A stretch of DNA of 61,397 bases, counting the filler. It is 6 parts of 6 records of this genome, joined end to end, with 100 filler letters (N's around TTAATTAATTAA, not from the genome) between each part and the next. Parts side by side here need not be neighbours in the genome. Positions count along the whole stretch, not along the records: positions 43,492 to 52,733 come from SRR2962707_995; positions 52,834 to 61,397 come from SRR2962707_1004; 4 more parts are not named here. The stretch is one strand, 5' to 3'. Positions 50,101-58,500 of the stretch are shown here, piece by piece (the first letter of the stretch is position 1; the number at the start of each line of letters is the position of its first letter). The translations under genes were made by a program, and so were the position numbers. Below the pieces are notes generated by a model, which did not search any database, had not been told where the DNA came from, and saw nothing but the letters and a program-made list of their open reading frames with translations.

Positions 50101-52444
50101 GCGCGCGTCATCTTCGTTGCGGGGAACAGTGAACGAAAAAGTCGACCCAGCATTGACCTCTGACTCGACGAAGAAGCGGCCACCCAAGGCTTTCACCAGC
50201 TTTTTGCAGAGGGACAGCCCAAGACCCGTTCCCACGATTGATCGCACACGGTTATCATCGCCACGGTTAAAGTCCTGCAGTGGGATGTGCAGTGCAAACG
50301 CACAAACAGGCAGGGCAACAGTCAGGCAGCCGTCTACGAAACAGTCTTTTTTTCTTTGAGAATGTCGCGCGTTTGGGAAACTGACCTTGAAGATTCCACT
50401 GATTTTGTGCTTCGGGATCCCCTGCCCAGTGTCCTTTACCGAAATCAGAATCATACCCTGCGTGTATGCACATGTTCCGGGCAAAGCATGAAGCTATATT
50501 CACGAAAAGGCTGCTCCACAACGTGCCACGCTGCTTCGAAGCAAACTACAACCTACTTTTTTCTCTGGCAATACGTCTTCACCTCGCCGCTGAGCTTCAA
50601 CATCACAGTCCTCCGCTGTTAAGGTGATGGACCCAGTTTTCGTGAACTTTACTGCATTTGCAACCAAGTTGGTCAGGACCTACGATGGTCGATGATTACA
50701 TTGAGTTTAAAACTTCAGGAATTGGAAAACAAGTGTGACGCCCAAAGCGGCGGGGCATGCTTTCCGAATGCAAGGAAAGGGAAGGAGTACCTGTTGAAGT
50801 CGTGTCGCATCACCTGTCACGTAAAACTTCCGTGCGCTCCTCATGTTCACGCAATCAATCAACTTTTTCGGCCCAATGACTTGTGGTCGCATAATAGCCA
50901 CGCATTGTTTGACCACTCGATTGACCTCCACTCGCTCCTTTGCGACCAGTAGACCTTAAGAAACACAAGGACAACATTTGTTAGCATTGACTCCCACAGC
51001 TAGCGAGCTAACCTTGAGCGTCCATCAAACTCCTGAGAACGCGACGGATGTGGCACGAGGCAATGTCATTCACAAAGCATTCCTTGTCAAGAAGTACGCA
51101 CCACTACGTGCTACAGTTGCTGCGTCCATGATGTCGTTCACAAGCACAAGCAGTTGTTCACTGTTGGCAAGGGCTGTCTTTAGATATCCTTTCACACCTT
51201 TACCTTCGGTTGCGCATACAGGCGATTGAGCTGATTGTCAAATGTCGCAAGCAGACTGCAACGAAAGAAGTCATTCGCGGAAAACTTACTGCTAACTTTG
51301 TTGATGCTGTCTTCAACAAGATTTATAATGCCATTGAGTGGAGTTCTCAGCTCATGCACAATGTGATGAAAAAAGTCGAGCTGTTCCACCTCTTTGAGCT
51401 TCAAAGCAGCTTCAACGTCCTTGAGGTTGGTAATGTCGACCTCACTGACGGAAACAACGTTCTCTCCAGTTACGGGATCAGAGATAGGCACAAACTGCAG
51501 CCGGAACCAGCGGATCTTCTTATTGTCTCCTTCGAATGGTGTTTTTACAACTTCGACGACCAGCTCTGAATCAACGCGGGTCATGTTCTTGACTCGCTCC
51601 AGGAGTTCATCCATAGTAAACGGGCAATCATCGGAGAGTGTCGAGAAGCGCATAATGTTCGAAAGGGTCTGGTCTTTAAACGACGCCGATTCCCGGCGAA
51701 AATAAGCGTATCGAGTGTAGAACGTGTAGGCCGATGGAGAGTAGGCAAGCATGCCACCGTCGCTGCATTTGAAAAGCATTACTAAAGCTTTTGAGTGTCG
51801 TTGCATCTCCATTGCGCGCTGAAGTTCTCCTTGAAAAGTCGAGTCGCGGTCCTTCAGGTTGCCATTGACAAGCACGACGGTTTGTGGGATGCCCTTCCAC
51901 CGCACGCGAATCGGAGTCATCATTAGATCGTAGGTGACTGGTTTTCCGTTCGGGTATATTGTCGTTACTGTTGGACCGACTGGTTGCTCCTGGCACTGGA
52001 CCATGTCGTAGAATATTGCGTGGCGTTTCCTGACACCCTGACTGGCGTCGGATTCTAAATCCTGGTCTTGCTAGAAAGGTCCACAAGCACAAGCGAAAGA
52101 AGGGAACCGCAGTCACTCCACGAGAAAAACACATGTCGTTTCACAAAAGCACTCAAGGTGGTGCAGCGCAGCTCATCAGGCCACAAAGTACGCACCAGCT
52201 CCTTCACCGTTTTCCCGTGTGAGATCTCGCACTCGCGGTTGGCCCACACGTAACAAGCTTTGTTCGGGACGAAGCTCATGACCCACATGGGATTCTGTGC
52301 TGCATTGAACGCTTCAAGCCATTCCAATTCAACCACAGGCAACTTGCTTGGCCGCATATGAGGCAGGACAGGGTCGTTGGCTGCTGCCCCTGCACCTGCA
52401 GGCTGCCCTCGCTCCCCCAACAGAGTTGGATCAGTGCTCGTCAT
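47140..52444 (-). CDS. 11-exon hybrid sensor: PAS-PAS/PAC, HisKA, HATPase_c, receiver, class III guanylyl cyclase, coiled coil, SAM (~1395 aa)
   Basis: Exons 52444-52196, 52070-51290, 51230-51102, 50954-50791, 50679-50557, 50457-50386, 50274-48118, 48018-47905, 47809-47589, 47420-47318, 47214-47140; all GT-AG, total 4188 nt, in frame. H-box VHELRTPLNGI; N-box QVLTNLVANAVKFT; G1 KDTGQGI; G2 GTGLGLSL; receiver SVDD...LLDVMMP...SA...KPF; cyclase FSDIVSFT, YKVETIGDAY, PRYCFFGDTVNTASRMES; SAM SFLRSIGVEKYYHAFEREEI...LTDSQLRAIGV..MGARLAI. A short extra 5' exon (ATG 52514) is possible. Confidence 0.88.
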
Positions 52445-52733
52445 ATTCACGTGAGTTGACTGACACGCACAGCGCACCACGAAGCGCTGCTTACACGGGC
52501 ACCATATTCGCCATGAGAATTAAAAAAACAAAACAAAAACAAAATGAACTCCACACACACACACACACACAAAAGTGAGTTATGAGCTCATTTTTCCCAG
52601 GTAAAAGCTGCCAGCTTCCGAGAACCAAACACAGAGAGTAGTCGCAAGGCCCACGCAATGGGCAGCGGGTTGAATCTCGAAAGGACTTGCCTCAAAGCTG
52701 CGCGTGAGTCTCAAGAGAGAGAGAGTCTCAAGA

Positions 52734-52833
52734 NNNNNNNNNNNNNNNNNNNNNNNNNNNNNNNNNNNNNNNNNNNNTTAATTAATTAANNNNNNNNNNN
52801 NNNNNNNNNNNNNNNNNNNNNNNNNNNNNNNNN
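52734..52833. other. Artificial contig spacer 5
   Basis: Same design. Eukaryotic DNA on the left, GC-rich gammaproteobacterial DNA on the right. Confidence 0.98.
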
Positions 52834-52875
52834 CGAAGCCGCTGTGGGAGCTTGCTTGCAAGCATGCTTCCCACT
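52834..52875. repeat. REP-like palindromic element downstream of lldR
   Basis: TGTGGGAGCTTGCTTGCAAGCATGCTTCCCAC hairpin; its 5' part recurs at 61371-61397. Confidence 0.7.
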
Positions 52876-52884
52876 ACCGGGCCC

Positions 52885-53646
52885 TCAACGCCGCCGGCGC
52901 TCCGCCCGCTCCACCCGCTGCGCCTGCTGGCGTGCTTCATCGAGCACTTCGCGCACGTAGCTGATGTGATTCTGCGCCACCGCGCGGGCATCCTCCGCGC
53001 GCTGTTCAAGGATGGCGTCGAGAAGCTGGCGGTGCTGGGCCAGCAGCATGTCACGGGTTTCATCCCGCTGTTCGTACATGCCGCCGATGTTGGTGACCAC
53101 ATTGTGCTTGAGCAGCTCGAACAGACCGCGAATGGTATGCAGCAGCACGGCGTTGTGGCTGGCTTCGGCAATGGCCAGATGGAAGGCGGCATCGGCGGCG
53201 CCTTCCTCGGCGCGAGCCACCTTGGCGTCTCTATAGCAACGATGCAGGGCCTCGAACGCATCGCGCAGACGCTGGCGATCCAGTTCCGTGGCCCGCTGCG
53301 CGGCGTAATAGGCGCAGGCCCCTTCCAGGGTATGACGGAATTCCAGCAGATCCTGCTGGGCGTCGCTGTGCTTTTCCAGCAGATGCAGTAACGGATCACT
53401 GAAAGTGGAGCCCAGTTGCTCCGCCACGAAAGTACCGCCGCCCTGGCGGCTGGTCAGCAGCCCCCGCACCACCAGCTTCTGAATCGCTTCACGCAGGGAG
53501 GGCCGCGATACACCAAACTGCTCCGCCAGGGCACGTTCCGCCGGCAAGCGTTCTCCGGCCTTGAAACTGCCCTCCAGAATCATCGTTTCCAACTTCTCCA
53601 CGATTTCATCGGAAAGTCGCCGATGACGGACTTGTCCCGTATTCAT
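52885..53646 (-). CDS. lldR: GntR/FadR-family lactate regulator LldR (PdhR-like)
   Basis: ATG at 53646 after GAGG; HTH LPAERALAEQFGVSRPSLREAI; FCD domain DAAFHLAIAEASHN; divergent from the lactate operon. Confidence 0.92.
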   Translation of the reverse strand: MNTGQVRHRRLSDEIVEKLETMILEGSFKAGERLPAERALAEQFGVSRPSLREAIQKLVVRGLLTSRQGGGTFVAEQLGSTFSDPLLHLLEKHSDAQQDLLEFRHTLEGACAYYAAQRATELDRQRLRDAFEALHRCYRDAKVARAEEGAADAAFHLAIAEASHNAVLLHTIRGLFELLKHNVVTNIGGMYEQRDETRDMLLAQHRQLLDAILEQRAEDARAVAQNHISYVREVLDEARQQAQRVERAERRRR

Positions 53647-53657
53647 GCCACCTCTCA

Positions 53658-53674
53658 AATTGGTATTACCAATT
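53658..53674. promoter_or_regulatory. LldR/PdhR-type operator 1
   Basis: Palindrome AATTGGT-att-ACCAATT just upstream of the lldR RBS. Confidence 0.9.
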
Positions 53675-53753
53675 AAGAAATCCTACGACGTTCCACATCT
53701 CCACACCACCCACTATCCACAATGAATAGACAAAGGTCTTACCGATCCCTGGC

Positions 53754-53782
53754 TTGACGCACCAGGGATCAGCTTTTAGGCT
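53754..53782 (+). promoter_or_regulatory. Sigma70 promoter of the lldP operon
   Basis: TTGACG (53754-53759), 17-nt spacer, TAGGCT (53777-53782). Confidence 0.65.
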
Positions 53783-53799
53783 AGTTTTTCATTTTGGAT

Positions 53800-53816
53800 A
53801 ATTGGTAAGACCAATT
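53800..53816. promoter_or_regulatory. LldR/PdhR-type operator 2
   Basis: AATTGGT-aag-ACCAATT downstream of the predicted -10, in a repressor position. Confidence 0.9.
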
Positions 53817-53869
53817 TACACAAACCTTTTCGACGATGCAAACAACAATACCCAGGAGACTATCGCGCC

Positions 53870-55561
53870 ATGCAACCCGGCCTGCTTGCTCTTTTCGCTT
53901 TCTCCCCGATCGTCCTTGCCGCATTACTTTTGATCGGCTTGCGCTGGCCGGCCCGTCGCGCCATGCCGGTGGTGTACCTGTTCTCCGCCATGGTGGCCCT
54001 GTTGGTCTGGGACATGAGTTTCAACCGCCTGCTCGCCTCCACGCTTCAAGGGCTGGTGATCACTCTGGGGTTGTTGTGGATCATCTTCGGTGCGTTGCTG
54101 CTGCTCAACACACTCAAGCATTCCGGCGCCATTGCCGTGATTCATAAAGGCTTCACCACACTCAGCCCGGACCGTCGTATTCAGGCCATCGTCATCGCCT
54201 GGTTGTTCGGCAGTTTCATCGAGGGCGCCTCCGGATTCGGTACCACCGCCGCCATCGCCGCGCCCTTGCTGGTGGCGATCGGTTTCCCGGCCCTGGCGGC
54301 GGTACTGATGGGCATGCTGGTGCAAAGCACCCCGGTTTCCTTCGGCGCCGTCGGCACGCCCATTGTGGTCGGCGTCACCAGCGGTCTGGACAGCGCCGCC
54401 CTGAGCCTCGAGCTGACCGAGCGCGGTTCCAGCTGGGAGCAGTTTCTGCAGCAGATCACCAATGGTGTCGCCATCACCCATGCGCTGGTGGGCACGGTCA
54501 TGCCGATGATCATGGTGTTGATGCTGACCCGCTTTTTCGGCAAGGACAAAAGCTGGAAAGCCGGCTTCGAAGTGCTGCCGTTCGCGTTGTTCGCCGGCCT
54601 TGCCTTCACTCTGCCCTATCTGGCCACCGGCCTGCTGCTCGGCCCGGAGTTCCCGTCCCTGCTCGGCGGCCTGATCGGCCTGGCCATCGTCACCACCGCC
54701 ATTCGTTTGAACTTCCTGGTCCCCAAACAGCAGTGGGATTTCGCCGACCGCGAGCACTGGCCACGGCAGTGGCTGGGCAGCCTGGAAATCAAGGTGGCGG
54801 ATTTGACCGGCCGCCCCATGGGCACCCTGCGCGCCTGGCTGCCCTACGTGCTGGTCGGGGTATTGCTGGTGATCAGCCGGGTGTTCCCGGAAATCGGCGC
54901 GGCGCTGAAGAGCATCGCCGTCGGCTGCACCGACCTGCTCGGAGAAGCCGGCATCAGCGCCAGCGTCCAGCCGCTGTATCTGCCCGGCGGCATCCTGGTG
55001 GCGGTGGTCGCCATCACCTTTTTCCTGCATCGCATGAAACCGGCGGCCCTGGGCGCGGCGGTGAAGGAATCCTCCGGCGTTCTGCTCAGCGCCGGGTTCG
55101 TGTTGTTGTTCACCGTGCCGATGGTGCGGATTCTGATCAACTCCGGCGTCAATGCCTCGGATCTGCCTAGCATGCCGATTGCCATGGCCCGCTACGTAGC
55201 GGATAGCGTCGGCGGCATTTACCCCCTGTTCGCGCCCGCCGTGGGCGCGCTGGGGGCTTTTTTGGCCGGTTCCAACACGGTCAGTAACATGATGTTCAGC
55301 CAGTTTCAGTATGGCGTCGCCCACAGCCTGGGGCTGTCCGGCGCCATGGTGGTGGCGGCCCAGGCGGTCGGTGCCGCCGCCGGTAACATGGTGGCGATCC
55401 ACAATGTGGTGGCCGCCTCCGCCACCGTCGGCCTGCTCGGTCAGGAAGGGGCGACTTTGCGCAAAACCATCTGGCCGACGTTTTATTATGTGATGATGAC
55501 AGGACTGATCGCCCTGGTGGCGCTCTACCTCCTCGGTGTCACCGACCCGCTGGTTCAATGA
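53870..55561 (+). CDS. lldP: L-lactate permease
   Basis: [62 protein letters not shown]. Confidence 0.95.
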   Translation: MQPGLLALFAFSPIVLAALLLIGLRWPARRAMPVVYLFSAMVALLVWDMSFNRLLASTLQGLVITLGLLWIIFGALLLLNTLKHSGAIAVIHKGFTTLSPDRRIQAIVIAWLFGSFIEGASGFGTTAAIAAPLLVAIGFPALAAVLMGMLVQSTPVSFGAVGTPIVVGVTSGLDSAALSLELTERGSSWEQFLQQITNGVAITHALVGTVMPMIMVLMLTRFFGKDKSWKAGFEVLPFALFAGLAFTLPYLATGLLLGPEFPSLLGGLIGLAIVTTAIRLNFLVPKQQWDFADREHWPRQWLGSLEIKVADLTGRPMGTLRAWLPYVLVGVLLVISRVFPEIGAALKSIAVGCTDLLGEAGISASVQPLYLPGGILVAVVAITFFLHRMKPAALGAAVKESSGVLLSAGFVLLFTVPMVRILINSGVNASDLPSMPIAMARYVADSVGGIYPLFAPAVGALGAFLAGSNTVSNMMFSQFQYGVAHSLGLSGAMVVAAQAVGAAAGNMVAIHNVVAASATVGLLGQEGATLRKTIWPTFYYVMMTGLIALVALYLLGVTDPLVQ

Positions 55562-55574
55562 AGGAATCACCGCC

Positions 55575-56396
55575 ATGAACGCTCCCCGCACCTTCGTTCC
55601 CCAGGCCACCCGCACTGCCGAGCCGGACGCGGCGCCCCGGACTTATCCCGAGCACAAACCCGAGCGGATTTATCTGTTCGGCACCTGCGTGGTGGATCTG
55701 TTTTTCCCGGAGGCCGGCATGGATGCCATACGGTTACTGGAACGGGAGGGGATTCAGGTGGTTTTTCCCCAGGCGCAAAGCTGCTGCGGCCAGCCGGCCT
55801 ACACCAGCGGCTACACCAATCAGGCGCGCGAAGTGGCGCGGGCGCAGCTGGCGCTGTTCGACCAGGACTGGCCGGTGGTGGTGCCTTCCGGTTCCTGTGC
55901 CGGCATGTTCCGCCATCATTACCTGGAGCTGTTCGCCAACGAGCCCGATGCCCTGGCACGGGCCAGGGCCGTGGCGGAACGCACCTACGAGCTGGCGGAG
56001 TTCCTGTTGTATGTTTGCCGGGTCGAGTTGCACGATCAGGGCCCGCCCACCGAGGTGGCCCTGCACACCTCCTGCAGCGCCCGCCGGGAAATGCACACTC
56101 ATCATCACGGTCGCGCCCTGCTCGATCAGTTGTCCGGGGTACGCCGGGTGGATCATGATCATGAAAGCGAATGCTGCGGTTTCGGCGGCACTTTCTGTGT
56201 GCGCATGCCGGATATTTCCGGCGCCATGGTGGCGGACAAGACCCGTTCCCTGCGCGACAGCGGCGCCACCCGCGTGGTGAGCGCGGACGCTGGCTGCCTG
56301 ATGAACATCAACGGCGCCCTGGAAAAACAGCGGGCGCCCCTGCAAGGCCAGCATCTGGCCAGCTTTCTTTGGCAACGCACCGGAGGCCAGCCATGA
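55575..56396 (+). CDS. lutA: L-lactate dehydrogenase complex CCG-domain subunit LutA/LldE
   Basis: ATG at 55575; TCVVD, CCGQP, SGSC, CCGFGGTF. Confidence 0.93.
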   Translation: MNAPRTFVPQATRTAEPDAAPRTYPEHKPERIYLFGTCVVDLFFPEAGMDAIRLLEREGIQVVFPQAQSCCGQPAYTSGYTNQAREVARAQLALFDQDWPVVVPSGSCAGMFRHHYLELFANEPDALARARAVAERTYELAEFLLYVCRVELHDQGPPTEVALHTSCSARREMHTHHHGRALLDQLSGVRRVDHDHESECCGFGGTFCVRMPDISGAMVADKTRSLRDSGATRVVSADAGCLMNINGALEKQRAPLQGQHLASFLWQRTGGQP

Positions 56397-57832
56397 GCCA
56401 GCCCGCGCGCATTCCGCTACAGGATGAATTCAAGAGCCGCGCCCACGATGCACTGGGGGACGCCCAACTCAGACGCAATTTTCGCGGTGCCATGGACTCG
56501 CTGATGGAGAAGCGCGCCGCCGCCTTCAGCGACGCCGACGAGCGCGAACGGTTGCGCACCCTGGGCAATCACATCCGCACCCGCGCGCTGTCCCGGCTGC
56601 CGGATCTGTTGGAGCAACTGGAAAGCAATCTCACCGCCAACGGCATCCAGGTGCACTGGGCGGAAACCACCGAGCAGGCCAATCGCATCGTCCTCGACAT
56701 CGCCAAGCGCCGCCAGGCCAGGCAGGTGATCAAGGGCAAGTCCATGGTCAGCGAGGAGATGGACATGAACCATGTCCTCGCTGACCACGGTATCGAGTGT
56801 CTGGAATCGGACATGGGCGAGTACATCATTCAGCTCGACCACGAGAAGCCCTCGCACATCATCATGCCGGCGATCCACAAGAACGCCGATCAGGTGGCCC
56901 GGCTGTTCGAACGGGAACTGGGCGAACCCTACACCCGCGACGTCAACGAATTGATTCAGACTGGCCGCCGGATACTGAGGCAAAAATTCTTTGACGCCGA
57001 CATCGGTGTCTCCGGCGTCAATTTCGCGGTGGCCGAAACCGGCACCCTGGTGCTGGTGGAAAATGAAGGCAACGGCCGCATGAGCACCACCGTGCCCAAG
57101 GTGCACATCGCCGTCACCGGCATCGAAAAAGTGGTGGCCCATCTGCGCGATGTAGTGCCATTGCTCTCGCTGCTGACCCGCTCCGCCCTGGGGCAGCCGA
57201 TCACCACTTACATCAATATGATCTCCCGTCCGCGCCAGGCCGGCGAGCACGACGGGCCGGAAGAAGTGCATCTGGTGCTGCTCGACAACGGTCGCAGCCA
57301 GGCCTTCGCCGACGGTGAACTGCGGCAGACCCTGAACTGCATCCGCTGCGGCGCCTGCATGAATCACTGCCCGGTGTACACCCGCGTCGGCGGCCACACC
57401 TATGGCGAGGTCTACCCCGGCCCCATCGGCGCCATCATCACCCCGCACCTGGTCGGCCTGGACAAAGTGCCGGACCATCCCAGCGCGTCTTCCCTGTGCG
57501 GCGCCTGCGGCGAAGTCTGCCCGGTGCGGATTCCGATTCCATCGCTGTTGCGGCGCTTGCGCGAAGAGAACGTGTCCCGTCCGGACCCCGGGCACGCGGT
57601 GATGCGCGGCCAGGGCAGCAAATACTCGGCACTGGAGAGTACCGTCTGGAAGCTCTGGCGCACGCTGTACACGCGCCCGCTGCTGTACCGGCTGTTCCGC
57701 TTCTTCGCCACCCGCTTGCGCGCGCTGACACCCTCGCGTCTGGGCCCCTGGACCGAGCACCGCGGCGCCCCCAAACCCGCCGCCCGTTCCCTGCACGAAC
57801 TGGCCCGCAAACATCTGGAGCAGTCCCGATGA
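56393..57832 (+). CDS. lutB: Fe-S subunit LutB/LldF
   Basis: ATG overlaps the lutA stop (ATGA); KGKSMVSEE, ENEGN, CIRCGACMNHCP, SSLCGACGEVCP. Confidence 0.95.
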   Translation: MSQPARIPLQDEFKSRAHDALGDAQLRRNFRGAMDSLMEKRAAAFSDADERERLRTLGNHIRTRALSRLPDLLEQLESNLTANGIQVHWAETTEQANRIVLDIAKRRQARQVIKGKSMVSEEMDMNHVLADHGIECLESDMGEYIIQLDHEKPSHIIMPAIHKNADQVARLFERELGEPYTRDVNELIQTGRRILRQKFFDADIGVSGVNFAVAETGTLVLVENEGNGRMSTTVPKVHIAVTGIEKVVAHLRDVVPLLSLLTRSALGQPITTYINMISRPRQAGEHDGPEEVHLVLLDNGRSQAFADGELRQTLNCIRCGACMNHCPVYTRVGGHTYGEVYPGPIGAIITPHLVGLDKVPDHPSASSLCGACGEVCPVRIPIPSLLRRLREENVSRPDPGHAVMRGQGSKYSALESTVWKLWRTLYTRPLLYRLFRFFATRLRALTPSRLGPWTEHRGAPKPAARSLHELARKHLEQSR

Positions 57833-58500
57833 GCGCCAAAGCCCGCATTCTCGACAAACTCCGGCACAGCCTGGCCGGCACCGAAGCACTGCCGGACGAT
57901 TTCGACGAGACGCTGGTCACCGAACCCTGGCGCTATCCGCCGGAGCAGCGCATGGCCCGCTTGCGGGAATTGATGGAAGCAGTGCGCACGGAAATTCATC
58001 TCACCAGCCAGACGCAATGGCCAGCCCTGCTCGCCGATCTGCTCGCGAAAAAGCAACTGACCCGCCTGCTGATCGCGCCGCAGACCGACCACGGCCGGCA
58101 GCTGAGCGAGCACTGGTCGACCCGTTCCGATGCGCCGGCGTTACACGCCTACGACCGGCCCGTGGAAGAGTGGAAACACGAGCTGTTCCACGACACCCCG
58201 GCCAGTCTCACCGGCACCGTTGGCGCCATCGCCGCCACCGGCAGTCTGATTCTGTGCCCGGACCGCCACGAACCGCGCTTGATGAGTCTGGTGCCCCCGG
58301 TGCATTTCGCGCTACTGCGCGCCAGCACCATCCATGACAATCTCTATGAAGCCCAGCGCGCCTTGAACTGGCGCGCCGGCATGCCCACCAACGCGCTGTT
58401 GATTTCCGGCCCGTCCAAGACCGCCGACATCGAGCAGGTACTGGCCTACGGCGCCCACGGCCCCAAGGACCTGGTGGTACTGATTCTGGAGGACGCATGA
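57829..58500 (+). CDS. lutC: LUD-domain subunit LutC/LldG
   Basis: ATGA overlap; ISGPSKTADIEQVLAYGAHGP. Confidence 0.94.
   Translation: MSAKARILDKLRHSLAGTEALPDDFDETLVTEPWRYPPEQRMARLRELMEAVRTEIHLTSQTQWPALLADLLAKKQLTRLLIAPQTDHGRQLSEHWSTRSDAPALHAYDRPVEEWKHELFHDTPASLTGTVGAIAATGSLILCPDRHEPRLMSLVPPVHFALLRASTIHDNLYEAQRALNWRAGMPTNALLISGPSKTADIEQVLAYGAHGPKDLVVLILEDA

Noticed and set aside
47872-50484. The 870-aa ORF as a complete standalone gene
   Set aside because: It reads through two in-frame introns (50385-50275 and 48117-48019) and lacks the H/N boxes and SAM domain, which lie on neighbouring exons.
52055-52733. A rhodopsin domain at the N-terminus of the kinase-cyclase
   Set aside because: No 7-TM segment or retinal-binding Lys motif is visible, and the upstream DNA is low-complexity. 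Exons beyond the contig edge cannot be excluded.
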